A DNA stretch of 64,000 nt, from positions 11,222,001 through 11,286,000 of the forward strand of contig NC_087465.1 in the NCBI RefSeq assembly GCF_036321535.1, read 5' to 3'. Positions 12,931 to 26,750 of the stretch are shown one piece after another. A program made the position numbers and the translations under genes. The notes below the pieces were generated by a model. The model had not been told where the DNA came from. It saw only the letters and a program-made list of their open reading frames with translations, and made no database searches. Every line of letters begins with the position of its first letter. Within the stretch, counting starts at the first letter, position 1. This DNA is from Camelus dromedarius. Taxonomy: Eukaryota.

Positions 12931-15744
12931 ACACAGACCAGTATTGACATCCAGAATAGCATTGGATGTTCTATGACTAAAGCAAAATGAAAGAATAGAT
13001 ATTTGTGGCAACTCACTGTCTCATTTCATGTGGACGTTGAGAGGCAGGGTGATGTCTGGGTCTCTGTGAGGAGGGGGAGGGTCCTGGCCATGAGCCCTAC
13101 GCATCTTTGCCCAGGAGGGAAGAGCATGACCACGTGACCCCTTCCTTACTTAGTTCTTTACAGACCTAGACTCAGGATTTTAGGGCATAAATGAGTCTTT
13201 AAATCATCCTACCTAAAGACAAGTATACAGTCTACGTGTCTTCAAAATTACAGCGTGGTGATTTCATACAGATGGATTTGGATGTCGGAAAGAATTAGAA
13301 CTAACTCCCAGCTCTTTTGCCTCCTCATGATATGAACTAATGACCAAGCAATTAAGACTTTCTGCCACATACTGAGTACTCAGTAAATGTTAGCTATTGG
13401 TTTGATATTTTTACATGAGGTAAGGACTGAACACTTAAAAAAATGGGGTGAGGTGTAAAAAAACCCTAAAATCTCTTTGGTTTTTAACTTAACCCTTCCT
13501 GAATGTTATACCCTAAACACCAAAGCTGTCTCTCTTTTTTAAAGTTATGGTTACCTTTTCTAGCATTTCTATTTTAAATATTTCCAGTCTTCTTATCTTT
13601 TTTCTAGATCTATTCCATCAATCTCTCCTTGAGTTTTGGTTTCAATGAGACCTTTTTTTCTGCCCTTATTTTTTTTTTTTCCTTTTCTAGATTCCCGGAC
13701 CTTTTAGGATGTTCACCAGGTATGCTTTCCAACCCCCACTAACGCTACCGTGCACTCCTGATTTTCTCCTGGCACCTGAGCCCAGTGCCACGATGTGGTA
13801 GCAGATACTTACGTGGCCTCTAATGCTATTTCTCTAGATCATATAATACTGACTATAAACCACAACTGTTTTTAAATTCTGTTTTTATGACTTTTTTTCT
13901 ATCCACTGGCCCGATGCCTCCGCTCCGCTAGCCCCTTCCTTTTTATTCCAGTTAAGGCGGCTGGACCTTGCCCCTTCTCTGTCTCAGCCCTGTAATAAAA
14001 TTAGGGCAAGAAAAGGCTGGCAATGAAATTTTGCAAATCATCACTCATTTCACGTGTCACTCTGTACCCTAGCTCCTTGTGTGCTCTTTCCTACTTTTTG
14101 AAAAAGCTAAGAGGGATGAGCCCCACACGGTGAGCATTTCAAGTCTCGGGTGGAATTGACACTAAACTGCACGGCACTGTCATACAGCAGTCGAAGCAGG
14201 TCAGGAAGTGGAAATGGTACCAGCGATTGTAAGGGGTGCCGTATGGGGAGCTCTGATTGGAAGTCAATGTCATGCAGCCCATGGTGATGTTCTCCCGAAG
14301 CCCCTGGTCACCAGGCCAAGTAATTTACAGCAAAAATTGAGCCCATAGACAGAGCTTGAGTAAATACACTTTGGAAAGTTTGTTTGGGTAAATAGACATT
14401 ATTAAATTTATAGCTAAATTAGCTCTTTGCATTCTCCCACACTGGAAACCAAGGTACAAATGTATGTTCTGTTATAGTTCTTAGCATCTACACTCCTCTT
14501 AAGTTGCCCTGCTTCTCACAGAATAGCAATAGCTTCCAGCTCAACGATGAAAACCAATCCCAACTCAAACCTGAGACAACACGCACTTCATATCCAATTT
14601 TCAAACATAAAACATAATTTTATCCAAGCTTATTTTCATAAACAAAAATAGGCACCGAAAAGCATTCTGAACCAAATTAATTTATAAATGTAAATCCTAC
14701 AATACATTAAACATATTTAATCAACCGAGCTGAGTTCATTCTAAGAGGAAACGATACAGTACCAGGCTTTGATAGTCAACACATGGCAGGATGCTTTAAT
14801 GACAGTATTTTCATAAAGTCCAAGTATGAGTTGCTAATCTATTTGCCTTGGAGGGAAATGGATGAATAGCTGAGTATGTTATAAGAGTTGACAGGGCTCT
14901 GGTCTAAGCATACTTATCATATAAAGAACAAGATGGAAATAATTCTACATTGGAATATCTGCTTTGTGTTAGGTAGTTACATGAATTCCTTCTCTGCTTT
15001 CTATATCAGCGTCTTAATTACCATGATGAATTCCTGGCACCCCAAGCTATTTTGTCTTTTTTATTTTATCTAGAACAAGAATTACATGGTGAACTTTTTC
15101 ATTTTTTTAATGTACTACATTAGTGTAATTTAACAAAATTAATCTGACCAATCCTATTTTTCTTACAATGTTCCATCCTTTTATTTATTTTTTACTAGTC
15201 ACAATCTTTTCATGTTTAAAGTCCATCTTTCTAAGAGGTAAATGATACCACTTTAGTAACATACATACACACACAACTTCCTTAGGTGTTTTTATCCAGA
15301 AATATTTCATTTTCTTAATTGGGTCAATGCTTGTAACATAAAATCTGCTCTAGTAACCATGGAAAAGAAGAAACAGAGTAAGAACATTATATCAGTTTAG
15401 ACTAAGAAAAAAGATACTTATTTCACAATGTGGTACCCACCTCAAAACTTCATAGTTTTATTCAGTTTAGGATGAGGATCACATGGGTAAAATGTGTAGC
15501 CTCCTTTGAGGGGAAAAATCAGGATCTCTCTAAATTATTTTCTGGTTTAGAGAATTACAAAAAAATGATAGCTTCAAAGAGAAGAACAATTGAATAAAAT
15601 CAGTGTTGCCATCAGACCCAGAAAGAGAAAGTAGGAGTGCTTTAGAGGGCTCTGCATATCACAGACTTATGCACAAAATAAATTTATTGAAGGACACACG
15701 CACATCTCTGGCACTCACAATCCAAGCTCAGAGCAGCCCCTAAC

Positions 15745-15946
15745 CAGTGCTGTATGATGTTTACGAGTCAGCTCACAGTGGTAGGGAGAACCTGATTTAT
15801 AGTATGTCTTTGTTCCCAAGGTGTAAATGTTCCCCCCCCATGGCAGGTTTCAGGCTCCCCGTGTGATGTCACTGACCTCAGAGTTGGAAAAGATGCCACC
15901 AATGGATTCTCTCAAGCCCATGTGAGCTGATTCCAGCCCAGCACTG
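15745..15946. mobile_element. MER63A-like hAT-Blackjack MITE
   Basis: cagtg...cactg termini and internal ctgattt...ggtgtaaatg...catggcaggtttcaggc...gatgtcactga...gagttggaaaagatg. Confidence 0.75.
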
Positions 15947-16984
15947 TCTGTGCCTCTGACCACGCCCTCTTGGGACTAATACAGCCAGGCTGTCTCCATA
16001 TCTCTTGCCTTCTGTCTACTAAACAAAAGATGACTGTGTGCAAACGCTTTGAAGTTTTCTGTGTTGAGCTTCTGATAATGTCAGAGATAGGCCTTGACTT
16101 AGAGTGTGGGCAAGATTTGAAAGGTGGAAACTTTTAGGTAAAAGAAAGGACAGATTAATTAGCTTGTCAAATCTGTCCTCTCTGATAGCTAGAAGGCAAT
16201 AGATTCTCACATAAGGAAACTTCATAATTTGAGCAAGAGTAACATGTTACCGATGTTGCACAAAGAAAAGAAAAAAGAAATCATGTGGATTAGGTTTTAA
16301 TAACTTATGAATTGTGTATCTTTTTATTTGATCATTTATCCAAGTATCACTATCTCATCAACAGAACATTTAGTGAAGTACGAGAATAGATGCTATCTTT
16401 TATATATTTTGCCAAACTTCAGTCATATTAATCATGTAACTTCACATATATATTTTGTTATATTAAGTCCTATTTGTCAAACCAGAAGGCTAGAATATAC
16501 TTAACAGGCTAACAATTTAATTTATAACTTTAAATGTTTGGACATTACTAATTAACTAGCTATGTTATTTATGAAATTGCTTTTCAGTATTATCACATTC
16601 AATATTATATTGCTAACCAAATGGACCACAAGTTAATCCATTTGGAAAGTTTTTAAACTTATCAAGTATTGTGAAAATATGGATAAAAAATTTAGATTTG
16701 AATTTTTAAAGCAAGTTTTTTCTCCCACAGTAATTAAGCGTAGCTAGTGACTATAAATGCAGTCATTTAAGCATTTACACAGATAACATTTTGCTATCTG
16801 GAAGCAGATTAAACATTTTGAAGGCAGTAAGCAGTATTTTTATTTTCTTTAACGGTTTTCTGAAAGCCCAACTCTTCTCTCTTGAAACATTTTTTTTTTT
16901 GCCCAAAGAATATGGATTTTTCTTAATTGAAACAAAGTCATTCATGATTGTGCTATAAAACCCAAATAGAATCATTGAATTTCC

Positions 16985-17125
16985 CTGAGTCTTAAATATC
17001 TTATCTCAAATAAGAATTAAGGATAGTGCATACATATCACACCCATGTTGTGGTTTTGGGTGTTTTGAGAGACAACACACTGCAGCATGTAGCACAAGGT
17101 GGACCTTTACTAAATGTTTCTTGCC
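16985..17125 (+). mobile_element. MIR 3' fragment
   Basis: Degraded MIR tail ending tgtagcacaaggtgg...actaaatgtttc. Confidence 0.45.
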
Positions 17126-19124
17126 TTCCCATCTCTAGATTATAGTTTCCATGGCAATCATTTAGCACATCCTTATAGTCCCATGTACTGTTTAAGTAGA
17201 TTTTGATCCATGGAGGACAGAGACTATGCCTCCTTCCCTTTTAAATGTCTAACCCTAAACTTGAGGTCAGGTACATTTCCTAGTGTTGAATGATGTCAAC
17301 CCCTTAAACATAAATATTATTACACCGTATGTTTGTGCTGTGGAACCTGAAATACCAGCCTGCGTGTAGGCAGAAGAAGAGTTTACCTACGTGATTCAAT
17401 GTGATTGGAAGCAATCCGGTTTTTAAAAATTTCCAATTCTGCAATTCCCAAATCCACAATGTCTCATGTTCCATTTGTAGAATTTAATCACTTTGATACT
17501 TCCTTGCTTTGGTCTTCTTTTAATACAAAAGTAATCCTAAGAACTTTAAAACAAATGCGTTCTCTGTGGGGATATGAAGGCAGAAGTACCGTAGGCTGGC
17601 AGAGAACTAAAACTGAGGCAAAGAAGAGATTTTGCTAACATTTTGGAAGAAATAACTCTAGGGCATTTACACGGGATGATTGCAAATAGTCTATCGTACA
17701 GAACTTGCGCAGTTGGTAACATTGAAATTTTTTAAAAAATAGATATTACACTTTGGAAGTCATAATATTTACCAGCATCTCAAACCAAAATGAGTCTTTT
17801 ATACTCTTTATTTTTGTTCCCACACTATAACCACTCTACGTGACTCCTTCCTTACAGCATCGTAAAAAGAAGTTAAAGGAAATAACTTCATCCTCACTCA
17901 TCACTCTCGTGCTCATCCTGTATAGAAATGCAAATCAGACAGGAAGATGACAAATGCAAGCTATAGAATATCTGCCAAGATCTGGAAAATTGCAAAACTT
18001 ACATGGAAAAGGATTTAAAAAAGTAAAAATAAGTGAAGTTCATGCAAAGCTTCTTTGTCTTGGTGAAGAAGAGGTGGGTGGAGCAGAAACCCAAGAAGAG
18101 GTGGAGTGGGGGAGGTGCTGTCCATTAGACACATATGTTACAGAAGAAGCCAACGTGCTTAAAATCAGTGAATTTAAACTCAGGTATTACATTGTGCTTG
18201 ATTCTTTGTTTTTTAAGTCGTTGATGTTGTTTTTTAAGCTATTTAAGGCAGTCATTAAAGGCAATCTCTGGTTTATTCTGCACAATGAGCCAGGAAGTTT
18301 TGGCAAGGAATTGACCCATTCACGTCCTTGGAAGTGGAGTGTCTTGTAACACGACCATGTTGAGTCCTCTGAATGGAGCGATCGTCTGGAGTGAAAACAT
18401 GATGTTCGCCATCTACATTGTGGCTGTTCTGTACATACAGCCTATTTATCAGTTAAGTGTCTGCCCAGGGAACTATTCTCTTTGTTTTGTTTCCCTAACA
18501 AAAGCCCAGTTTTTAGAGATTGTTTCAAGCCCCTAGGCACAGAATACTTTAAAAAAATTCCCTCTCTGGGGATAACCAGGAACAAAAATGTAGAACCTGG
18601 TGGGATGCTTCCTCTTAACTTCCTTACTTGCCTCACAAAAGTAGATAATCTAGAAGAGCCACTAGGAACTCCTCAGAGGAGGTTGTCTAGTTACTTAGCA
18701 TAAAATATTAAGTACTGATGTAGCACTTGTGTGATTCTCAAGGCACTTCCACATACATTGCCTTAGTCAGTCCTCACCACAACCCTATGAGGTATCAAGA
18801 AAGGTTTTATTTTGCAGAGATGAAAACAGAGATTTGAAGAAGTGATCTGGCTAAAGCAGAACGGTTAATGGGATTTGAGCCTCGCCTCTGCGTTTCTCAG
18901 TCTGCTCCTTCTGCCGTATTGTGGTACCGCATGTAGAAAACCCAAGTCATCCTGTAACTTGGGAGCTCTTGGGAGCTTTGTCTCCTGGCTTCCTTTTACA
19001 TTTTAAAGTCAACTTTAAACCTCTGTTTATGATTCCATTAGTCCTTCATCTTTTCACTTCCCTGTTTTCATGCCTCACTCATATTCCTCATCTAAAAATG
19101 TTCTCATTATATCAAAGAATTTTA

Positions 19125-19214
19125 GGGGGTGGGTAATAGCTCAGTGGGAGAGCACGTGCTGAGCATGCACGAGTTCCTGGGTTCCATCCCTAGTACCTCC
19201 AATAGAAAAAAAAA
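19125..19214 (+). mobile_element. Camelid tRNA-Ala-derived SINE (vic-1 type), short copy
   Basis: gggggtgggtaatagctcagtggg (A box), cgtgc-tgagcat-gcacg anticodon-like stem with AGC, gggttccatccc (B box), A tail. Confidence 0.9.
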
Positions 19215-19227
19215 GGAAGGATTTTCT

Positions 19228-19264
19228 GTGGAAACTGTAAATTAGTGGAAACTGTAAATTAGTG
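19228..19264. repeat. 17-bp tandem duplication (gtggaaactgtaaatta x2 + gtg)
   Basis: Directly visible. Confidence 0.95.
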
Positions 19265-19435
19265 AACTAAGAAGAGGCACACAATTATAAATGTTCCTTT
19301 CATAGTTTATTCTTTGATGTTTCATTCATTGATAAACGTATGGAGCTAAAGAACAGAGCTCTTTGACCCTCTTCATTGCCCAGGGGGACCAGGAAAGCAA
19401 GGATCCTGCTGCGTAGCCCACAGTTACAAAGAGGA

Positions 19436-19538
19436 GTGTGTCCCTGCTTGCACAGGGCAGTCCCAGGTCTGTGTAAGTAGGGACAGTCTCCCACTCACTC
19501 TCAGAACTGTGCCCATCTGAACAATAAATTGTCCCTCA
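19436..19538 (-). mobile_element. MER94-like hAT-Blackjack MITE (partial)
   Basis: ttgcacagggcagtcccagg...cactctcagaactgtgcccatctgaacaataaatt matches the reverse complement of MER94. Confidence 0.55.
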
Positions 19539-20495
19539 GGACCAAGCATAGCAAACCACCTTTAGGACAGACAGAGAAGGGGTTCCTTCTCCTTTACACA
19601 GTCCTTCAAAGAACTTACCTTTGGCAAAGTTCTACCAGCCTCCTGGTCACACAGGTATCTGCTCTCTGATCTGAAGCTGCAGTCCTGATCTGCTGGAATA
19701 TGCTTGTTTCAATTGGATTTAATTGCAACCATGAAGAGGGGGAGTGCCCACATGACAGGATGGCATGTTTTCCAAAGGTCATTTATATTTGATTTTGGAG
19801 TGCAACACAGCTATTTTTGCACTGTTTTTCTTTGACAAGAATACCCAGATTCTATTCCACAAAAGCCCAGAGTTCAATAACACGTTAATAGCTATTCTTT
19901 GAAAGTTGTTTCTTTATTAAGCTTGAGAAACCCCAAGTTAAACAAGTTTTAAAATAAATATTTATAAAAACATTTAATATTTTAATGTGCACTGTGCACC
20001 TTTGGGCTGGAGAGATGGGTTACATGGGATGTTTACCAGTTGACTTGATGGTGGAAGACAGTTGGGAAACCAGTGGCATATGCTTAGATTAGGACAATAT
20101 GAAAATGGTTTTAATGTGCTCAGCATATGATGGTAATTAATAAATGGTTTAATTGATTTCAATTTCCCAACCATACACTAGCTTAGTGATGAGGAATAAC
20201 CAAAAATTAGGTTGAGTAACAGTGTTTTCAACTAAAGTAGAAGATCTGCCCTGTGAATCCCTCCTAGATAATCTTAGGAAACACTAGGAAATCTTCCCAG
20301 AAAGAGAAGTCATCAGTAGTCACCACATGAAGAATTCATTGTTCCTCACAAATTATTCTGCTAATATTAACTGTTATATGTAGGACAGTAATTAGCTGAA
20401 AGTACTGAGAAGTGGAATTTTCCACATTCCTCTCAAATTCGTGAATGAAGTCAGAGTCAGAACTGATATAATTCAATTGCACCTATATGCACTTC

Positions 20496-20527
20496 TGTGT
20501 GTGTGTGTGTGTGTGTGTGCGTGTGTG
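20496..20527. repeat. (TG)12 C (GT)3 microsatellite
   Basis: Directly visible. Confidence 0.95.
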
Positions 20528-20687
20528 AGACAGAGACAGCTGTCTGTAACTGCTTCAGTTTTGTAGCACTTACCACACTTGTGATTGTTGCTATTTTGTT
20601 GTTGTTTCCAACAACTCTGGAATAGATTGTTTTTTCCATCTTGGCATGCCTCAGAACCTCCAACAGTGTCTTCTGCTAAAGCACATA

Positions 20688-21006
20688 AAGTTGTCCCTCC
20701 GTATCTATGGGGTATTGGTTCCAGGATCCCTACAGACACCAAAATCCAAGGATACTCTCATGTACCTTATACAAAATGACTCGTATTTGCCTGTAGCCTA
20801 GTACACTCTCCTGTATACTTTAAATCATCTCTAGATTACTTCTAATACCCAATACCACATAAATGATATGTAAATATAATGTAAATGCTATGTAAATAGT
20901 TGCTAGCACACAGCAAATTCAGATTTTGCCTTTTGGAACTTTCTGGAATTTTTTTCCAATATCTTCCAACTGAGGTTGGTTGAATTCGAAGCTGCAGGCC
21001 AACTAT
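20688..21006 (+). mobile_element. MER2B-like TcMar-Tigger MITE
   Basis: gttgtccctccgtatc...ttggttccagga...atactttaaatcatctctagattactt...ttttgccttttggaactttctggaatt...ggttggttgaat...ggccaact. Confidence 0.85.
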
Positions 21007-21999
21007 GCATTCTGTGCATACACCAAGAATCTCATAAGCAATTTTGAAGGCAAATAATATCCCTAATCCTTGTTTGTTTGTTTTTAAAAATGGCACCATC
21101 TGGTCACAGTTGAAGATGACACAAATCTTTAATAAGTGCACAACTCCTGCTTGTAAGATCTGTTTTTATTCATCTGGTAAAGAAAACTCATCTTTCCAAA
21201 ATATTTATCACATCGCTATCTCACTTATCTGAGGGTCTTTGCTGTTGTACACTTTATAGTGAAGTACTTTGCTGAAATTCCTTGGTGTCCAGGAAAACTA
21301 TGTCTTGTTCCAAATTAAATTTTACAGCTGCAAAGCTAAGAGAACTTTGTCAAGAAAGATGCTCGTTCAGTTTTTAAGTTTAATTTTTCCATGGAAAAAT
21401 TCAGCATATCTTAGCCTAAGTCAACTAGAACTCTTCATGTTTTAGATTTAGAGTTCAAGTGTATTTTCCATCTCCTATCCTTTCTCTGCACCACATCTTA
21501 TTTCTATTTCCACTGGTTATTAAGTTTAACTAGCCAAATTTTAATCTTCTAATTACTACCTCACATTATTTTTAGAACGAGGCTAGACATAAATAGGTGT
21601 ATAAATAAACAGAAGAACAGGTAAATATTCTTAAGTATTTTTCTTATTAAAACATTTTCCAACCAATTATGAAACTACCCTTGTTTCTCTAGGCCAGATA
21701 TATGACGTAGCTTTCAAATTTTTCTTTAGAAATTCACAAACGTATGGTGACACACGTAATAAAAAATCTAAATGTGAAACATTTAGCCATATGTGACCAT
21801 TCCAGGTATTTTATAAGAAAAAAAATACTATTGTGTCCAGTGTACGTTCAGTTTAGCTTAAAAAGATTATTTTGAGCTTTGACTTTCTAAGGTTTATAAT
21901 ATTCCTAACTAATTTTCTGCTTTCTTAAATTGATAACAACTGTAGTCATGAGGGTGTGGTACTTTTTAAAATGCCAATTGCCTACGTGTACTCTTTCAA

Positions 22000-22160
22000 T
22001 TCACAGGGCAAGCCAATGAGATAGATGATTTTATTTTTATTTTATATATAAGGGAAATGAGGCCATAAGAATTTAAGTACCTTTCCCAATGTCACCCAAC
22101 TTGAAAGTTATGGGGCCAGAATTTGAATCCCTGACCCTAAAGCTTATAATCATAACCTTA
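22000..22160 (-). mobile_element. MIR SINE
   Basis: ggaaatgaggcc...taagtacctttcccaatgtcacccaac...ccagaatttgaatcc antisense MIR core. Confidence 0.7.
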
Positions 22161-23299
22161 ACGTGTAATATATTTATACAGATTCAAGTACCAACGGCTA
22201 TACTTTTTAAATAATCTTTTAAAGAAGAATTTGTTAAGTTTAATTTTACTCTTTCAAATATAAGACTCTTGTCTCCAAAAAAATAAATAAATAAAACCAT
22301 TTAATATCTACCAATGTGAGGGAAATATTTGTTTTAATTAGCAAGATTCTCTTACTAAACAGAGAAACCAAAGTCAAAATTTCTCTTCCCAAATGAAAAA
22401 GTCATTAAATTGAAAAATTATCCTTCCATGAAAGATTAAGAATAAAATGGCTCCCAAGAACTTTATTAGTACATTGTTAAATTGGCCACTAACAGAATTT
22501 TTTTTTTGTACTCAGCTGAGAACAATTTCATTTTTCCATCAAACACTAACGATGTTAGCTAGGTTTGAACTTACTTCCTTTGCTGAGGTAAATGGATTAA
22601 TGTGTTAAAGCCCAGTGGTTTGGCAGCAGGTAGATTCACCATCATGTTTATACTCGAGGCCCTTGAATTTCATTTTGAAAAAAGGAAAAAAACCCAAGGT
22701 GCTTAGATCTGGAAAACTCCTGCAAACAGAAGTAGTCCAGCAAAATCAAATCCATTCATATAAAAAAAAAAATCCTCTATAATCAAAAGATATCATTTTA
22801 AGATCTCAAAGGTACAATTGTGTCAAAGTGCCTCCCACCTAGGACCTTCTGCTCTATCTCCAAGTGGACAGTACCCTCTATGTTAAAAAACCTGGTTTCC
22901 TTATTTATTTTTGCATTCGGAATAATATGTCTGCCCATCTGTGACTTAGGCACTTTAAACGTGAAAAGGAAATTGGACAGAAGCAAAATTTGTCAGTCTG
23001 TAAAATTAAACAATTCTTTCATTAAATTCTGATGGAGCATGCAACATTATTTATTATGCAGTTTACTTTTAGTGACACGCTCATCACTGTTTCTTTTGTG
23101 GTGCTAGAATGTTGTGGTCGGGTAGCAAAGGCAAGGGTGTGGGGAGGAGATGGATGGGATGTCTGGATTTGACCATTTTAACCAATGTTTTATTCTTGAA
23201 ACTCTCCCACACTTTCTAACTAGGAACATTAAATCTTCGTGCTCTGAAGGAACTAAAGTTCATTACTCCAACTTCATGGACTTAAGAGAAAATTTCCTA

Positions 23300-23395
23300 T
23301 TGATAGCCTAAGAGAACTGCCCAGAGTCAAACAGCTAAGAAATGGCAGAATCAGGATCAACTCAAAATCCAGCCTGCTTGTCACTATATCTTTCT
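23300..23395 (-). mobile_element. MIR fragment
   Basis: aactgcccagagtcaaacagctaagaaatggcagaatcaggat. Confidence 0.6.
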
Positions 23396-24159
23396 CTGAC
23401 CACTATGCCTCTTTTTCCATTATTGGCTTCTCTTCATCTTTATATCACGTGACTAAGACTGGCTGGAAAATTCAGTTCTGAGTCTTTTCTTCAAAGATGA
23501 TTAGATAAGCCTGGGTGTTTTCCTTCACCCCAAATCTGTATTTCTCATGCTTTTTTTGCACCTGCATCGCACTTCAATTGAATGGTATATATCAATATAT
23601 GGAGCCTAGCACGTGGAAAACACAAAACATTATTCTGCTCTCCAAGTCAGCATTCCTTCCCACTGCTTTTTACTGCTAGTTTTATCAGTATTTCCCCAGT
23701 CACTTAAATTCATAACTGGAAGATGTTAAAAAGTGATGCTATTTGGGGAATCACAGCATGAGTTAAAGTTTTCAAAGAGCAGCACAAGTTTAGTCTTTAA
23801 AATATTATGTTACAGATAATAGCATCACAATAAAGTTGCAAATGGTTTCCCACATGCTTCAAAATAATTCCATAATAAAATCTTTCCAAGTATTTTCCAT
23901 AATGTCTCTCAAATTCAACCAAAGTATTGAGAATTTTTTTCCATCCTCACAGTCATTTCCCTTGCCTTTTCAGATTTTCATGCCTAGCTTATGACAAATA
24001 GCCTGTTTTTCTTTCCTTTAGGCCAAGACCTAACTGGTGAGATGACTGTTCTTAAAATCTTCTATTTCATCACTTCTTCATTCAAGAACTTGCCCCTGGC
24101 TACGTTGTGCTCACCAGATCAAACTTAAAATTTTCAAACCTCCAAACTAACAACCTACT

Positions 24160-24335
24160 AGGAGAGCAGAAGGTTTACAGTCAGACAGACCTGGGTCTGA
24201 ATCTATATGTATCTATATGTCTATATATATGTGTGTGTGTAGTTTCTGTAAAATCAGGATAATAATATTAGCTGTACAGGGTTGTTCTGAGCATTAACGT
24301 AAACCCCAGGCACATAGTAGGCACGAAATGATAAT
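24160..24335 (+). mobile_element. MIR SINE with an internal TA/TG-rich stretch
   Basis: agtcagacagacctgggtctgaatc ... tctgtaaaatcaggataataata ... ggcacatagtaggcac. Confidence 0.75.
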
Positions 24336-24364
24336 AAAAAACTATTAGAGTAACATAAACATTA

Positions 24365-24444
24365 AAAACATTCCCTTTATACAAGGCACTATGTTAAGTA
24401 TTTTTCATGTACTAGCTCAATTAATCCTTAAGACAACCTCTGCA
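24365..24444 (-). mobile_element. MIR 3' fragment (antisense)
   Basis: caaggcactatgttaagtattttcatg...ttaatccttaagacaacc. Confidence 0.55.
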
Positions 24445-24930
24445 GTGGATAGGAAATACTGTTCATTGTTCTCCAGCACCCATTCTCCCCTCTTTCATTG
24501 AGTAAGAACCCCTCCACCCCAAGTATTATCCAAGCACATGGGCGCCCAGCTTCAGAGCATACTTCCCAGCTTCCCTTACTCCTGGGTGCAGCCACAAAAC
24601 TAACTTCCAGCTAATAGAATATAAACGGAAGTGATATGGACAACTTCCTGGTCACATTCTTCATAAAGAAATTCTTTCCTCCCTACTTCGTCTTCCACAG
24701 TCTCCAGTGAGCTGGAGCATGCCATGGCTATTGTTGGTCAGATGAGGGCAACATTCATGATGATGGTAAAGCAACAAGAGGAAAGAAACCTGGTTCCCCA
24801 AGACGTCCTCATGGAGCAGAGCTCCTTCCTGACCTCGGCTACCTCCTACCTCTAGCCTGCTAAACGAGATAGAGGGAAGCATTATTGTGTGGGAGCCACT
24901 GTATTTTAGGGGGTTCCTTTGTTATAGAAA
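24445..24930 (+). mobile_element. Old MaLR solo LTR (MLT1I/J-like)
   Basis: ccagcacccattctcccctc, ttcccagcttcccttactcctgggtgcagccac, aagaaacctggttccc, gagccactgtatttt...tttgtta. Confidence 0.7.
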
Positions 24931-25734
24931 CTTAGCCCATGACCTCCCTAACAAAGGTAAGTACTATTATTAACTTTAATTCACCAATAAGAAATCTGAA
25001 ACCAATGCAAGAAACCTTGGGAAAGAAAAAGACAAAGCAAAGTAGATGTGGCTCTCAGAAGAGCACTCCTGAATCTGTGGGCAGGGTGAATGCTGAGACC
25101 CACCCAAACAGGGCTGATGGAGTCCAGCCAGGCAGTGAGGGGACCTGAGAAGCTGTGGCAGGAAGTCAGCATGTGGACAGCTCAGTGGAGAAGGAGACCT
25201 GAGAACCATCGTTGAGGGCAAGTTTCACACAGTGATGTCACCCATTAAGTGAAGCAACAAGCTTTTAGTCGCATTCGTATTTAGCATCCAGGTTAGTTTG
25301 AGCATCTGCAGCTGCAATGGTGAGATTCAGCGGGAGGATTTAACATCATGCCTGCTAGCCAAGTTCAGTCCTCACCTATACTTTGGTTTTGCCAGTTTCT
25401 CTTATGTCCCTTTGTCTTTCCTCTGCCAGTCTGAATCCATCAGTTGTCCAGACTCACCTTTCTTAGCAAGCCTGATTTGCTTATATTCAATTCACCAGCA
25501 GAAGATTTAGGTCTTTAGTGGAGACGTCAACAAGGATTGCAGGACAATTATAGAAGACTGTCATTCAATGCCATCTAATACAAAGTGAACCTCATTGTGC
25601 CCAAGGAGACCTGCCGCCCTGCAGACCACTCATCACCTGTTCAGCAGCAAGCCTTTACTGACTGGCAACATCAACGTGTGTTTAAGAACAGGGAACTCTT
25701 CCAGTAACACTGCATCCTTCATAGTGTCCTCTGG

Positions 25735-25890
25735 GGGAGTTATCTGCCTTTCTGTGACTCGGTTTCCCTATTTGTAAATTGAGAAGTGTGCAGATTCACA
25801 CAGGGCATTTGTGAAGAATGCATGAACTATGTAAAAGCACTTAAAACAGTTCATAGCACGTATGGAGCTCTCACTAAATGTTAGCTACTG
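25735..25890 (+). mobile_element. MIR SINE
   Basis: ctgtgactcggtttccctatttgtaaattgag ... gtaaaagcacttaaaacagt ... actaaatgttagctact. Confidence 0.8.
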
Positions 25891-25894
25891 CTGT

Positions 25895-26110
25895 GATTTA
25901 TTTATTGAGCACCTGCTGTGTGCCAAATCCTAAAGAAATATGGTCATATCCATCATGGAGTGCACAGTCTAGTCAGAAAAGACAGCTACATCCACAAACG
26001 TAGGAAGGAATGCGCTCTGGGTGTGGGGATTCCATACAGAGCCTGGGCATCACCGATGGCCGATCACCTCTCTTGTGTGAAGGTCATGAAGGGCCTCAGG
26101 GAGGACGCGC
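25895..26110 (-). mobile_element. L2 3' end (antisense)
   Basis: atttattgagcacctgctgtgtgcca ... catggagtgcacagtctagt. Confidence 0.7.
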
Positions 26111-26554
26111 ATCCCAAGCAGACACCACGGGGCCCCTGGGGTTTCCTTCCTGACTTATTTGCCAAGTATGTTTATGAGGGCAAAGGTGTCGTAGTTAGAG
26201 CACTCAAGTCAGAGTTTATAAAAATGGTTTCTACTCCCAACTGTGGTGCACACTAATGACTGCGGCTCTGGGGGAGAGAGGAAGCTACGCCAGGTCCCCA
26301 CTGGGAAGAGGGTCCTGATCGGCAGCAGGAGCCCCGTTGGTACAGGCTGGACAAGAAGGGCATGAGTTGTCTTGTATTTACGGCTTTGCTTCACACAACA
26401 TCAGGGTCAAGGCAGGTAATTGCTTCTGCGTGAATGTAACCTGGCAAAGGAGCCCAGGTTCACTACAGCATTAAGTGATCCCAGTTGTACGTGTGCAAAA
26501 AACAGCTGAGTTGTTTCTTCTTAGTAAGTGATTGATTATAATAAGTAATGTAAT

Positions 26555-26750
26555 CTTTTAAAATTTTTTTATTGAAGTATAGTTGGTGAACAATATTATA
26601 TGTTACAGGTGTGCAATATAGTAATTCACTACTTTTAAAGGTTAGATTCCATTTATAGTTATTATAAAATATTGCCTATATTCGCTGTGTTGTACACTAC
26701 ATCCTTGGAGCTTATTTTATGCCTAATAGTTTGTACCTCTTAATCCCCAC
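26555..26750 (-). mobile_element. Laurasiatherian/artiodactyl L1 3' UTR fragment
   Basis: tttttattgaagtatagttg...gttattataaaatattg...tagtttgtacctcttaatccc, characteristic L1MA9/L1-Art-type 3' end. Confidence 0.85.

Noticed and set aside
17954-18349. 131-aa ATG-initiated plus-strand ORF
   Set aside because: No recognisable family or domain, no promoter or poly(A) context, and its length is within chance expectation for 64 kb.
19125-19200. Apparent tRNA-Ala(AGC) genes here and at 37990-38067 and 47802-47875
   Set aside because: Acceptor stems are imperfect and they have SINE tails, poly(A) and (for two copies) TSDs, so they are SINEs rather than tRNA genes.
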